In this document: positions 1 through 13,687 of the stretch, piece by piece
How the letters are laid out: each line of letters opens with the position of its first letter
Position numbering within the stretch: position 1 is the first letter of the stretch
DNA from: Octopus sinensis
Taxonomy: Eukaryota
Direction of reading: 5' to 3'
Length of the DNA stretch: 64,000 nt
NCBI RefSeq assembly: GCF_006345805.1
Contig: NC_043012.1
Span: 21,328,001-21,392,000, forward strand
The notes under the pieces: generated by a model
Databases searched by the model: none
Told to the model about the DNA's origin: nothing
Seen by the model: the letters and a program-made list of their open reading frames with translations, nothing else
Made by a program: the position numbers and the translations under genes

Positions 1-38
1 TTTCGCCCGGCGTGCTAACGTTTCTGCCAGCTCGCCGC
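1..38 (-). mobile_element. 5' end of tRNA-derived SINE family A, truncated by the window edge
   Basis: Reverse complement GCGGCGAGCTGGCAGAAACGTTAGCACGCCGGGCGAAA matches the head of the full copies at 32092 and 56907. Confidence 0.8.
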
Positions 39-520
39 TTTATATATTATATAATTATATATATTACATATAACAGAATAAATCCGATGAGACTTCTGCA
101 AGATTTCCTTTGTTGCTTTGTTTTGTTTTGTTTTGTTTTGTTTTTCTTGTATTTATTATGTTGAAAATTTTATTCCTAAAAATTTACAAAAAAAGCTAAC
201 TTTAAATACATAGATAAGGTGATCCACGTAAGTTTACTTCATGAAAGAAACGTGATTAAAGATATAAGCTAAAGTTGTGTGGGTGTAAGAAGATTAACCT
301 TAATTCTGCCAAGACATGGCTGACATGAGTGTGCAATAAACACGTAACACAAGAGAGCTCTGAGTGTTGATGTATGCGGCTATTCATTTAGTTGAAAAAT
401 TCCTTGAATATATGCACACTCATACATGCATAGAAGCAAACGTGAATGTATGTATAAACATATATAGTCATTTATACGTGAATGCACCCCCCCACACACA
501 CACATCTAGACACACCCTAT

Positions 521-521
521 G

Positions 522-558
<37 letters not shown>

Positions 559-636
559 ACAGGCAAACAAACAGACAGACAGACAGACAGACAGACGGAC
601 AGACAGACACACAGACACACAGACTGACAGACAGAC

Positions 637-722
<86 letters not shown>

Positions 723-805
723 CAGATAGTCAGACAGACAGACAGAAAAACAGACAGACAGATACATACATACATAATACATACATACATACATACATAC
801 ATACA

Positions 806-836
<31 letters not shown>
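521..836. repeat. Compound microsatellite (GATA)n/(GACA)n/(TACA)n
   Basis: Directly visible. It explains ORFs 468..830 and 506..844. Confidence 0.97.
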
Positions 837-839
<3 letters not shown>

Positions 840-845
840 AGCATA

Positions 846-1097
846 TCTTGTATCTTTTATCTTGAGCTTGTTTAAGTCCTTAGACTGTGGCCATGCTGGG
901 ACACCGCCTTCAAGAATTTTTAGTCGAATAAATCGACCCCAGTAGTTTTTTAAACCTGCTACTTATTCTATCGATCCTTTTGCCGAAGTGCTAAGTTACG
1001 AGAACGTAAAAACACCAACGCAGATTGTCAATCGGTGGAAGGAGGACAAACACATACGAAGACACATACATACATAGATATATACATACATACTCAC

Positions 1098-1137
<40 letters not shown>

Positions 1138-1156
1138 GCGTATGTGTGTATGTATG

Positions 1157-1197
<41 letters not shown>

Positions 1198-1370
1198 GTG
1201 TGTGTATGACAGGCTTCTTTTAGTTTCCGTCTACCAAATCCACTCGCAAGGCTTTGGTTGGCCCGAGACTATAGTATAAGACACTTGCCCAAGGTTCCAC
1301 GCAGTGGGACTGAACCTGGAATCATGTAGTTGAAAGGCAAGCTTGTTACTACACAGCCACACCTGCGCCT
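846..1370 (-). mobile_element. tRNA-derived SINE family B with expanded internal (TA)/(TG) tract
   Basis: Head rc GGCGCAGGTGTGGCTGTGTAGT...GGTTCAGTCCC (A/B-box-like), body GACGGAAACTAAAAGAAGCC, 3' end CCCAGCATGGCCACAGTC. Same organisation as the copy at 20935-21346. Confidence 0.88.
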
Positions 1371-1899
1371 ATATATACATAAATATATATAAACATACGC
1401 GCGTGCGGGCACACATACACAGAGTTTATAGTTTTAGTTTATACATATATAGAGACAGACAGACTGATTTTAGTTTTTTTATGGTACAATAATATGAAAG
1501 CTTTTAATATAATTTTGTGTTGCCTACGTGTAATATGTGATACAGAGTGAATAATTCTACTCTTAATAATCTTGGATTTAAAATCCTCCAAATCCAATTT
1601 GTATTTGCATCCAAAGCAAAGAATATATATATATATATAAGGTAAGCTAAGACACCATGAAACAGATTCTAATGGAACCAGCAGCAGCAGCGACTCATGC
1701 AACGACGTCATCATAGAATACAACAGATAGTCGCAAAACTTAACATATAAGACAAACTTAAAAGGCTCACTAGAATTCCATTAGCTTCGAGAATGACAAC
1801 AAAAAGTGGGGTTCGAAATCACTTAAAAGAAGATTAATAATGTAAAGAGATGATCTTGATATATTTAGTAAACCTAGCGCTGGTTGAGATTGGTCTGTA

Positions 1900-2370
1900 A
1901 ACTTGAATTTGCGCGATTTTATATAGTCTAATAGCACCGGAAACAAATTTATCCAATTCGATATCATTGATGATATCGTTTCCATGAGCCGAGATCTAAA
2001 ACCCATCCCTTTCGCCAAAAGATATACTAATATCACATATTACCTGTAGATCATTATGCATGCGATGAGATCTCTCCTTTATAATAAGGTCCATTGCTAA
2101 TCTTTAAAAGGGCAGAAAGGGAGATTTTAAACGGACCTCTCTTTAAGTGGAATCTGCATTAATATTTATAATAAAGATATACACATGCCTTTGAACAACA
2201 TATTTAAATGTAAAACTTCTCAAACGCTGCATTTAAACTAAACTGAAATTGATCAATACTTTAAGTAACTCGATAGTAGCCATTTTACATCCTCACCCAA
2301 TGCAATCATCCACCAAATCTCATCAATATCTCACAATAAGCCTTAGTAAGCTATCTAATGTGCGCATTGT
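1900..2370 (+). mobile_element. Decayed Penelope-like element reverse transcriptase fragment
   Basis: Hand translation gives NKFIQFDII (FIQFDI at 1948-1965), FAKRYTNIT, IIMHAMRSLLYNK (~2050) and HFTSSPNAIIHQIS (~2281). These are in the order expected for a PLE RT, with stops and frameshifts. Confidence 0.6.
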
Positions 2371-2484
2371 TAAGGTTAGTTATTCTTGCTAAAACAATAT
2401 TGAAAAATACAGCCAATATAAGCAAAATAAAATATAATATCTACACTGGTATTGCGTGCTCTTTCTTCCTGCAGTTAACACTAA

Positions 2485-2524
<40 letters not shown>

Positions 2525-2714
2525 CATTATCTAGTGGTAAGGGTGACAATAGGACATCGCTTTGTGTCCTTCAGTAAGCTACATCACTTCATGTTGCTAC
2601 AACCTACTCAGCTAAAGATGAATAGCAACGGACTGCTAAGTCAAACCCTTTCTCCTTCGAGCAGTCACAACCGTGAATGTTTTCCGTATTTAGTTGAATA
2701 TCATTGAAACGAAA

Positions 2715-2949
2715 TATTGGTGTTTTAAACTGGTTTCAAATTTTCGCAAAAAGCCAACAATTTCGGGGGACGAAGTAAGTCGATTACATCGGCCACAGTA
2801 CTCAACTGATTTTTATTTTATCGTCCCCCACAGGATGAAAGATAAAGTCGACCACAACAGATTTTGTACTGACAATGTAAAGACGGACGAAATGCCACAA
2901 AACATTTTTTTCTTCCCGGTGCGCTAACAATTCTGCAAACTCGTCGCCC
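2715..2949 (-). mobile_element. Old, diverged SINE family A copy
   Basis: Contains AAGTCGATTACATCG..CAGTACTCAACTG..GGATGAAAGATAAAGTCGACC and the rc head CGCTAACAATTCTGC. Confidence 0.7.
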
Positions 2950-3149
2950 TAATGATGTCTGAAATTTCAAATCAAAACCAAACAAGGAAGACAATTGTTT
3001 CGAAATGAAAATTAAAATATCAAACTTTGAAAAGTGCTCGACAAAACCTACGAAACAGTTGTATATAAATGAAACACCTTTGGGAAGAATTAATGGAAAA
3101 GAAAACGTATCGTAGCCGGTAGTCTTTTCCACGAATTCCAAACATCCAT

Positions 3150-3600
3150 CATCCATTCTTCTTTCGTTTCGCTCGACCGCAACCGAGATGCGTTTCACCA
3201 CGCTTCACCAAGCATCTCTTCTTCCTATTAGCTGTAGTAAATCTTCAGCTTGATTTTGTATATCTCTGTCAATACTGTTAGTGTACTTGAGCAGGTTTTG
3301 TTCTCTGTAAGGATACGGAAGTCTCCAAAATATAACCTTCAATATGGTCTGAAATACAGATAGCAGTGGCTAATAAAGCATCCCTTAGTTTTTGCAGCAA
3401 CAGTAGAGATAGGTGAAAGGTGTCCATAAATCTTTCGTCTTGAGCTAAAACTGTTAATTTTGAGCTCTCTTTAGAAGAGTGGCGTATGAATTATGAACGT
3501 AATCTTGTAGTTCTTTCTCTAAAGTCCATGTTTCGGAACCATAATGAAGAATGTTCTCTACACACGCCATGCAAAAGGCAGCCGTCTACTTCATACTTAG
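3150..3600 (-). mobile_element. Decayed RTE-type LINE RT C-terminus and 3' end
   Basis: Minus-strand frames give CVENILHYGSETWTLEKELQDYVHNSYATLLKRAQN, then IYGHLSPISTV..FISHCY, then VIFWRLPYPYRE..AEDLLQLIGRRDAW*. This matches the LLYGSETWTL...GHC...DR..W pattern of RTE-clade RT tails, split by frameshifts. Confidence 0.75.
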
Positions 3601-4482
3601 CAGCATGATGGAGAAACAAAATAAGAAATTGGTTTATTATTTGGCAGAGAACTTAAATCCCCCAGAACGATTTACTCTAGCCATCTTTGCTATACGACAC
3701 AACGAGCTAACAATGTTTAACCAAATCAACATTACAAGTCAAACATTTAGTAGAATACAGCGCAAGTAGTAAGAGATGGCTTGAAGTATTTGCTTTTTTT
3801 TAATTGAGGTTTTTATACGTAATCGTACTTTATCTCTATTTCAATAATTGTTTCTACTGTTTGTGTGTTTTTGTTGATAGCATTAAAAAAATTAATCCCC
3901 ATCGATCCACACAATGACGTTCGAAAGCAATTTACTGTGTAAACCAACCGTAAACACACACACACATACACACACACATACGCACATACGCACACACAAA
4001 TACATACATGTGTGTGTGTGCGCGTGTGTCTAACATCCACTGCTCCTTTCTGTGGTACGGTTATTGTATAACATGTTTGTCGCTATTTCCACGATAAATT
4101 ACGTAGCTGGCATTGGTTTTACTCATAAAGTTAACAGTGGTATTATTAGTGAATTGAATATAAGGTTATCAACACGTAGAATTTCTCGTAAATTATTTAT
4201 TACAAGCTGAGGAAGAAAGAATTTCAAAATGCGAGTTGACAGTGTACTAAATGACCAGACTAGAATGTTTGATTGCTCTTATTTTCTTATCGGCCACCGA
4301 AGTGTCCTTGGTTATAAAACACTTCTGGAACCATAAAACACTTAACTCTCTAATAAGGATTAGTATAGAGAAATATTGGTTTTTGTATTAGCGTATATAA
4401 ATACAAATATATACATACACACATATATTTATGCATATATATATACATAAACATATATATATGTATACATATATATACTATT

Positions 4483-4813
4483 GAAGGCGCATGGCTCAGT
4501 GGTTAGAGCGTCGAGCTTACGATCGTGAGGTTGTGAGCTCGAATCCCGGACCGGGCTGCGTGTTGTGTTCTTGAGCAAGGCACTTTATTTCACGTTGCTC
4601 CAGTTCACTCAGCTGTAGAAATGAGTTGCGACGTCACTGGTGCCAAGCTGTATCGACCTTTGTCTTTCCCTTGGATAACACTGGTGGCGTGGAGAGGGGA
4701 GGCTGGTATGCATGGTCTTCCATAAAACAACCTTGCCCGGACTTGTGTCTAGGAGGGTAACTTTCTAGGTGCAATCCCATGGTCATTCATGACCGAAGGG
4801 GGTCTTTACCCTT
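4483..4813 (+). mobile_element. tRNA-derived SINE family C, near full length
   Basis: Head GGCGCATGGCTCAGTGGTTAGAGCG (A box)...GAGCTCGAATCCC (B box), body GTGTTCTTGAGCAAGGCACTTT, tail GGTCATTCATGACCGAAGG. A second copy lies at 26932-27266. Confidence 0.9.
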
Positions 4814-5408
4814 TATATATACATATATATATATATATATAATATATATATTATATATATATATTATATATATATACACAAACACCACACACATATGTAT
4901 ATATTAAGGCTACCATTGGTTTCATGTTAACAAAAATATCTTGTATTCTTATATGAAAACAATGGTAACTTTAATTCAGAAATTAAGGAATATTATCCAC
5001 CAATGCGGTGTTGAGCACTCATTCTCAATGTTCGACATTTACACACGTATATACATATGTGCATCTGTGTGCATGTATGTATGTGTGAGTGTGTGGGTGT
5101 GTGTGTGTACATCGTTGATAATCCATGCAAGTAGCATTATAGAAGTAAATGGAATTGAAAATGCACAAAGAGTTTATGCATTATAAAGATTTGTTACAAG
5201 TCAATACACTTAACCGGTTTCATAAGCGTGTGATTTTTCACAATCATAGTTTTGTGGAATGTAGAGCTGTGTCGACCAGAAACGAAGCAGTTTGCTACAC
5301 ATTTCCACGTTCCTCAAAACTTATACTTTTGAAAATAACATGAATGTGAAACCGGTTAAGTGTATTAATTCTAATTTAAATACATCTTTATATATATATA
5401 TATATATA

Positions 5409-5469
<61 letters not shown>

Positions 5470-6061
5470 TAGACAGAGACAGAGATAGAGAGACAGAGAC
5501 AGAGAGAGAGGAGGACGACGATGAGGAAGAGGAGGATGAGGATAGCTTACAGCTCCTTTCAAACGAAGGGACAACATCGATTTTCCGAAAATTCTGGATC
5601 CATTGCTTTTCCAGGTTATTGAGTTTTCCGAACCAGGTGTGGTTGTCTCTAAATTATCAAATTTACGTAAACAATTTAAATGAAATAGTACAAATGGTAC
5701 AAGTTTATTAATACACCACTTTGCAATGTACCAGCGTATTGTAGAAAATTATGTTTAACAATGTCTTTACAATTTTATTAATGGTTATAGACTCACCACT
5801 ATGGAGTGGGAGTACGATGTGTGTGTGTGTTTGTGCGCGCGGGCGTGTTTGTGTGTTTGTGTGTGTGTGTTCGTGCTCCTGCTCTGAACCATGGTTTTTA
5901 AGCTATTTTCATGCGCAACAAAGATAAAGTAATCACTAGCGATGGTCGCTCATCAATTTCTTTTCCAGCAATGCTATCGGAAAGCAATGATCTCGTTGTG
6001 ATTTTTTCAGTCGATAGAAAATCAAGCGAATTCCCTGCACCAAACACTCTATGTTGACTAA

Positions 6062-6124
<63 letters not shown>

Positions 6125-6135
6125 CTCTCTCTCTC
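6062..6135. repeat. (TC)n microsatellite
   Basis: Directly visible. Confidence 0.97.
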
Positions 6136-6619
6136 TACTCCTTCCTCTCCGCGTCTTTCATCAATCTTTCTTTTTCTCTCTCTTTTTCTTTTGTTCTCTT
6201 TCCCTCCCTCTTTCTAATTCAATTGTATCTCTTGTCCAGGCCAGAAATGTACCATAAACTCATATATGTTCAATTAATCCACAATAATGTCTATGCCAAA
6301 CTGTAAAAACGTTATATTCCGTGACAACTGCAAATCGTGAGCAATATGAATACACTTACAAATGAACAGAACTTGTATATATAGAGAGAGAAATAGGCGG
6401 AGAAATATCTGTGTATATTTGATGCCTCTGAATTTATGCGTATAGGAGATGCCAACAAAACAACAATCATTGTATGAATAAAATAATGGCAATGGTAATA
6501 GAAGCCTTATATCCAATTGATTATTATCGGCCGCTTGATGCTTGCAAGTTTCAACGAGTCAGACATGTTTAAGGAGAAGACATGTTCAGAATAAATACAT
6601 ACAAAACAAAAGTGAAAAT

Positions 6620-7019
<400 letters not shown>

Positions 7020-7479
7020 TGTCCTGAACTGCCACCAGTTCTCCTTCAAGATCTCACCTGAGGGACTTGAAATATGAACATATAAATATTGGACGCTAGA
7101 AAACAGGATGCCTGGGACGAGCAGGTTCGGAACGTCTTTGACAAATGGGAATCATTTAACAGAGCTATCCCGGAGCCAAGACACAATGTAGAAACATATT
7201 GAATAAAGTGTTGGACTGCGTAGTAATCCGTTAAGATTTGTGGGGACCAAGTATGAAATTTGTTTGAACGGGACACGATTACGAAGATAGAATGGAAATA
7301 TTATTGTCGCTCCACTCAAATAAAGCCATGACTTTTGTCTCCTTTTTGTCATTAACCCATAAAGCGCTGGGAATGGCACTTACACAGCAAGGCCTGCTGA
7401 GCACATTTTATGAAAATGAGACTACCGTGCACACATAAAAAACGAAAAAATAATTAAAATATCATCTTAGTATATTATT

Positions 7480-7548
7480 TACATTATTTACATTTGGCGG
7501 ATATTTGTCCTCATCTTGTTTGTTGTTAACACAACGTTTCGGCTGATG
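7480..7548 (-). mobile_element. Truncated Penelope-type pseudo-LTR fragment retaining the 3' half of a hammerhead
   Basis: Reverse complement reads ATCAGCC-GAAA-CGTT-GTGTTAACAACAAACAAGATGAGGAC. GAAA plus palindromic ACGT matches the modules at 23.4 and 23.6 kb. The CUGANGA half is absent. Confidence 0.45.
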
Positions 7549-9500
7549 TCTTGCAAACAACTTGCACATGCAAGTGCTACCAGTCAATAACTCCGTATAC
7601 CGGAAGCCAGCAAGTGTATGGGGTCATTAGGAGAGAATGCGCGCCGTTTCGGGGCCTACCTCTCGACGGCATCAATGCGCACTGATATGAGGCCCCGCTT
7701 GCTAGACCAGCTGGTTATAAAATTAAACCCCAATATCCTTCTAGCCATCGCTCATCGTCTCTTTTTAACCAAATCCAGTGGCTAGCCTTCTCCACTGTAG
7801 ATTGGATATCGGTCATAATGGTATTGACTTTTCGATGAGTTAGGCCTAGCGATAACAACAGTCGTCTCACACTGTGTCCAACGAACCCTCTATATATCTA
7901 TATTTATATTTATATGCATGTATGTATGTATGCATGTATGTATGTATGTATGTATGTATGTATGTATGTATGTATGTATGTATGTATGTATGTATGCATG
8001 CCTGTACGTACGTATGTACGTATGTATGTATCTACGTACGTATGTACGTATGTATGTATGTATATATACTGGTATTAGACTAGCTGCTGTTCAGTTAGAT
8101 CTCTTACGTTCTTGGTTCAAGTCCCACCGAGAGCGGTGGAGTGTTCGAGTAGATACCATTAAGTATTTAGTCCCGTCCCATTTGGTTCATATTCCAGAAC
8201 ACCTCAGTGGTCGATGATCTGTCGAATTAGATGCCATTCAATATTTAATTACATGCCTTTCGGTTTGTAGTTCAAATCCGCCACTGGTGGTAGAGGTAAG
8301 TATTTCAATAAAAGTGGTAACAGATTATATATCTGAGTTAAATCAATCACTACGTTTGTGTGATCCATAGCAATGTGAAAAATCAATTAATTTCTTAGAT
8401 CTACACAACTTAATAGAAATTCCTCCAAGCTAAAATTGTTACCCGGATGTAGACTAACATAAGTTATCAGCGAAGAAAATGAACTTGAATAATCATAACC
8501 GAGAACTGAAACCGCGTTGCTGGTTTTCACCAACGTTTGGTCTCCTTCTACTCTATAGATGTTTCCTTGACATTCAAAATATTTCAAATTATAACACGTC
8601 AACCTTCTCTAAACTCACTGTCGAAGCGATTTAGTTTTGGATTACAGCTAGAAGTGGACACAAGGCTAAAGTTTCTTTGAATAACTTTTAGACTCTAACT
8701 ACATAACTAACTAGATCAGCTAGCTAATTTGCTAAATTTCAAAGTACTTAAACAATTATTATCCTATTTACATAACTGAAACACAAATATGAAATAGTAA
8801 AAAGAAACGTAGAAACAGAGAGTAATGATGTAATGATGGGGAGTTCTGCTAGCTGTAAAAATGATTCATGGTTAATTTTTTTCAGTGGTTTATAATTTCG
8901 GTGAAGGCACGAATCAACAACAGCACGAATAACAACAACACTCATCAGTTCTGACAAACTACACACTGAAATTCCAGTTAAATGAAATCTTTGATATTAG
9001 TCGCATAAAAACTAAATCAAAGGCGAAAAAAGAACCAGCAAATCGTTAATTCAGTCCTAAATATCAAGTAGAAGTGAGAAGGAATTTCAGAGCAGATTTT
9101 CCCATGAGCCTCTGTTTTAAGATGAAGAACCTAAATTGGAAGAAAATCGAAGTTTCAATCGGCCGTATCTGACACCGTGGGATATGTATAAAGGCAGAGC
9201 TAAACAACCAGAAAATCTACTGGGAAACGGTGGAAGAATAAAGAAAAAAGATTACAAAGCATTGGAAAAAAAAACACTGTAAGCCGTGGGAAAAGGAAAA
9301 AGATTATAAAAGAGAAAGTGATAATGTTCAGGCAATGAGATGATGCGTAGAACAAAGAAGAATAGAAGGGAGAGGTAGAGAGAAGGAGAATGGGGAAAAT
9401 CTAAACAATGATTGGGGTTCTTTATATTAATTATGCATTTTTCAACAGTTTTGGAGGTCAATAAGAGCACTTTTGATTAAAAAAATATATACATACAAGC

Positions 9501-9567
<67 letters not shown>

Positions 9568-10038
9568 CAAGCATTTATAAAACTTCTAATATTAGTTTAT
9601 ACAATTGTATACTTAAACATTTCCCACTCAGCTATTGGATGTTTGGAACCAATTGAATTCGGGCATTTCATTCGATGAATTCAGATAAGTAAGAATTCAG
9701 ATAAGTATCTAGCATTTTTAGATCCTCACCCTTTGTCTAAGAGTGAAGAGATGGAGAGCGATAGCAAATGGTGTTGTCTCTGATTATTGACAAGATAATT
9801 TATCATTCATTCACCTATTTAAAAGCAACCGAGATTGCCTGCAGTATATACTGCGCTGTTATTTTTACACCAGATTTTTCAGTTATATTATTTATAGAAT
9901 CTTTAGAACAGAAGACAAAATACTTTGCGATAACATACATACACACATACATGCGCACACGCACACACACACATACATACATACATACATACATACATAC
10001 ATACATACATACATACATACATACACACACATATACAT

Positions 10039-10190
10039 ACAGTTCAAATTCCACCAAGGTTGGCTTTGCCTTTCGGGATCGATAAATTAAGTACCCGTTA
10101 CGTACTGAGGTCGATGTAATCGGCTTAATCCCTTTGTCTGTCCTTGTTTGTCTCCTCTATGTTTAGACCCCTGCGGGCAATAAAGAAATA
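10039..10190 (+). mobile_element. 5'-truncated SINE family A copy
   Basis: GTTCAAATTCC..CTTTGCCTTTC..GATCGATAAATTAAGTACC..GGGCAATAAAGAAATA. Confidence 0.8.
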
Positions 10191-10540
10191 TATATTTATA
10201 ACTTTTTTTTTCCGTTAGAGCTTCGAGAAAATCTGCTCAGCTGTAATTTCTTCTGGCTCCTAATGTTCTGAGTTCAAATCCCGCCGAGGTCAGTTTTGCT
10301 TTTCCTCGTTTCTGAGTTGATGAAATAAAGTACCAGTCAAGTAGTTCGCCGAGGTTACTGACTAGTTTCCCCCCACCCCCACCCATCGCCTATAAAGGAC
10401 AAAGCTAAACTTGGTGCTATTTGGACTCAGACTGTAAAGTAATGAGGACCTAAACACCGCAAGGCATTTCGAATGCCCTTTGCTCACTCTGTCATTTTCA
10501 TAGATTATAATGGTGATGTGTAACATGGCCGCCAACTTAC

Positions 10541-10576
10541 AATCTTCTGTGGGTTGTATAACTGGTTCAATCGGTC
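10541..10576 (-). CDS. Candidate 36-nt internal exon (GPIEPVIQPTED in phase 1, or DRLNQLYNPQKI in phase 0)
   Basis: Acceptor TTTTTTCTTTGTCTTGTGCAG, donor ATT|GTAAGT, length a multiple of 3, unique sequence. No homology recognised. Confidence 0.3.
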
Positions 10577-13415
10577 CTGCACAAGACAAAGAAAAAACTT
10601 CTGCGTTGTAACTCGTCATACTAGAAATAACAGTCATTTTGTTTTTCTTTTATCATATCCTCCTGGCTTCAAAAAAGTAATACTGTCTTAGAAATAATAC
10701 ATCAGAAGAAAAGATAGAATGGTCACGGCTGGAAGGCTTTCAGTTATAAGTTTTTACAGTCAGAGGTCAGCAACGATAACTGGTTCTCATTTTATTGGCC
10801 CTTCAGGAGTGAAAAGCTATGAGGAAAACTCCTCCACCATCTACACCGCTTAGATCTAGACTCACAACGTAAAACAACGGAAATATTTCTATGTAAACTA
10901 TCAAAGTTATTATCTGGCATAAGACTTGCCAATCTCTTGTTATTCTGTTAAAACGCATTTTACAATTTACAACAATATCAGTTAATAATGGAGAGAGTAG
11001 ATAAAGTGTGAGGTAATGTGTAGAATGAAATGAATACAGGCAATTAAAATGTTTTAGTTTCATTGTTGATAAGACTTTCCATTCAACTTCTTATACACCA
11101 TTCATTATTTTGATTCTTTCGACATTTGTTATGAAAATAACTGGTTTGCTAAATCTAATTGAACACGTTATCTTCTATAAAGTCATAAATATCGATTTCT
11201 TTTGATTAAATTAGGAAACTTGAATTTTCCTAATGTAGGCCTGTAGTCAATTCTCTGGACCGCATTATGTCACTGGTATATAATTTATCACTGTCCGAAT
11301 GATTGAAATTATGAAGTCCAGAACTGTATTTATGGAGCTTATAGAAACGAGACTGTATAATTACTTCACTGCCACGCATCTTTTTATTTCGGGGCTCTTG
11401 TGTTTCTACCCTTGTAATAATGCATATATTGTTTTTTTTAATGACCTACGGTTAAAGAAATTCTCACCATGACATCCAAAGCTTTTGAATATTTTAAGTC
11501 TTTATTAGCCAGTCGGCCCTTCTGCTTTTTTTAAGATGGCAGAGTATAATTTAAAGGAAATTTGGTCGCAATTTGTGTCAGGACGAGCGATCACGGTGAC
11601 ATTCACTAGTTGTTTCATGATACAATAAAATGTCTCAGAAGAGCACAATAAAGTAGAATGTGATTTCAGGACAAGCCATTTATTTTAAAAGTAAGCCACC
11701 TAGCGCCTGTTGCTATTGCCCTTCAGAAATGCCTGATAACCCGTTAGCCCTTATTTGTATAAAAGATTAAAATCTTGTATACATTGAAAGGAAGCCGATA
11801 TTAGAAACATTACACAGTAATGATAATTTTCAATTTTGACACCAAGTCACGGCAATTTTGAGAGGAGGGAGAGGAAGTCGGTTACATGGCACCATTGTTC
11901 AAATGGTACCTTTTTTTTATTGACACCGAAAAGATTGAAAGGCAAAGACGGCCACGACGAAATTTGAACACCGAACATAATGAGCCGGAAGAAATTCTAA
12001 TAAACATTTTGTCCGACATACTAACGGCTTCTACTAGTTCACTGACCTTTATTACTTAGTAAAAGTAGAGCTTGTACTGTCGGGTCATTGGTGCTAAAAG
12101 TAGTAACCCTATTTCGCTCAAATCTAACTCTGCCTTCTTTTAAAATAATGCTCAATACACACAGTCCTTGAACTACTTTACCGAAATAAAAGATGCGCTG
12201 GACACACCTTTCATCAGATGTCTTTAAGACCAGGACTGATCTGCTACAACAACAACAAGGTCATCATCATCGTCATAATATCTATGCTTGTTTTATCCCT
12301 TCGAAAAACCGGTTCAGAAGGGTTTTTTTTTTTTAAATGACATTTCTTTATTTCTTCCTGCATTAAAGCATTAGTCTTCTTTATATTTCATTAGTTTAAC
12401 AAACAAACACACACACACACACTAATTCATATATATATATAAATACACGAGAGAGATCGGCCTTGTATATTGATTTTGAATAAAGCTTGATATTTGTCAA
12501 ATATCCAAGAAAATAAGAACGAGATGCGAAACAAAATTAGTCTCAGAAGAATCAATGAACTAATTGATATTTTAATAATTGTCTTAAAAATATATTTATT
12601 TATTTATCTATTTATTTATTTATTTCTATTCATTTTATTTTATTTATCTACTTGCTTATTCATTGGCACCGATTGTTGAAATAAATGAGAAGGCGAGTAT
12701 AATTGGTTACACCAAGGCTCACCCACAAGAATATATTGAACTACTGAAACGCATTTCATTGGAAAGACGGACAAATCAATACTGTCCGAATCACATGATC
12801 TACAAGAGATAACAGCCAAATCTTCCTCAAATTAGCAGGATGCCGTCTTTAAAAATGGAAAGGATATATCAGATAAATGTTAGCTACAATGTTTCTGCAT
12901 AAAAGAATGCAGTAATTGTAGCTGGAATCCTCCTGATTTTCGGTTGGGCAGGGCAGGGTTGGGTGGTTAAGAAGCACACTTTGCAACCATGTGGTCCCGC
13001 GTTCAGTCCTAGAGCGCGGTACCGTGGCCAAGTGGCTTCTACTGTAGCTCTGGACCGACGAACGTCTTTAGAGTGAAGTTGGTAGACGGAAACGATGTGG
13101 AAGCCCGTTGTGTGTGTGGGGGGGGGGGGGGTGAGTGAGCGAGTGCTTGCATGTGCGTGTCTTTATGGAGGTGCTTATCCAGAGAACTAACCAGCTCTTT
13201 GCACAACTCTCAATATATTATACAATCAGAAGAAATATTTACACCGTTACGATCTTCCAGACGATGGCGGATGAGGATGCAGCGACTTTCTATGTCTGTC
13301 TTTTCCGTTTCTGCCGTTTGTTTGTACTTTTTTCATCTTTTATCTTTTACTTGTTTCAGTCATTAGATTCCGGCCATGCTGCAGCATCGCCTTCTATATA
13401 ATTTTTGAACATATA

Positions 13416-13687
13416 GGCGTTGGAGTGGCTGTGTGGTAAGTAGCTTGCTTCCTAACCATATGGTTCTACGTTCAGTCCCACTGCGTGGCACGTTGGGCAA
13501 GTGTCTTCTACTATAGCCTCGGACCGACCAAACTCTTGTGAGACGATTTGGTAGAAGGAAACTGAAAGAAGCCCGTCGTATATATATATATATATATGTT
13601 TTTGTGTCTGTGTCTCCCATCCCACCACCGCTTGACAACCGATGTTGGTGTGCTTACATCCCTGTAACTTAGTGGTTCAGTGAAAGA
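13416..13687 (+). mobile_element. SINE family B, 3'-truncated and fused to the mariner remnant
   Basis: GGCGTTGGAGTGGCTGTGTGGTAAG head and GAAGGAAACTGAAAGAAGCCCGTCG body. It ends at AACTTAGTGGTTCAG. Confidence 0.85.

Noticed and set aside
4483-4560. tRNA gene-like sequence (also the heads of SINE families A and B)
   Set aside because: A and B boxes are present, but the sequence runs on into a SINE body and tail, and no complete cloverleaf with acceptor stem was seen.
7650-7697. 8-bp GC stem CGGGGCCT/AGGCCCCG followed on the minus strand by GAAAC, resembling hammerhead stem II
   Set aside because: There is no CUGANGA-like core before the stem, so it is treated as an isolated hairpin.
9122-9278. 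Plus-strand candidate exon DEEPKLEENRSFNRPYLTPWDMYKGRAK..., with TTTTAAG acceptor and GTAAGC donor
   Set aside because: No recognisable homology or partner exons. An open 52-codon frame with such signals is expected by chance at this scale.
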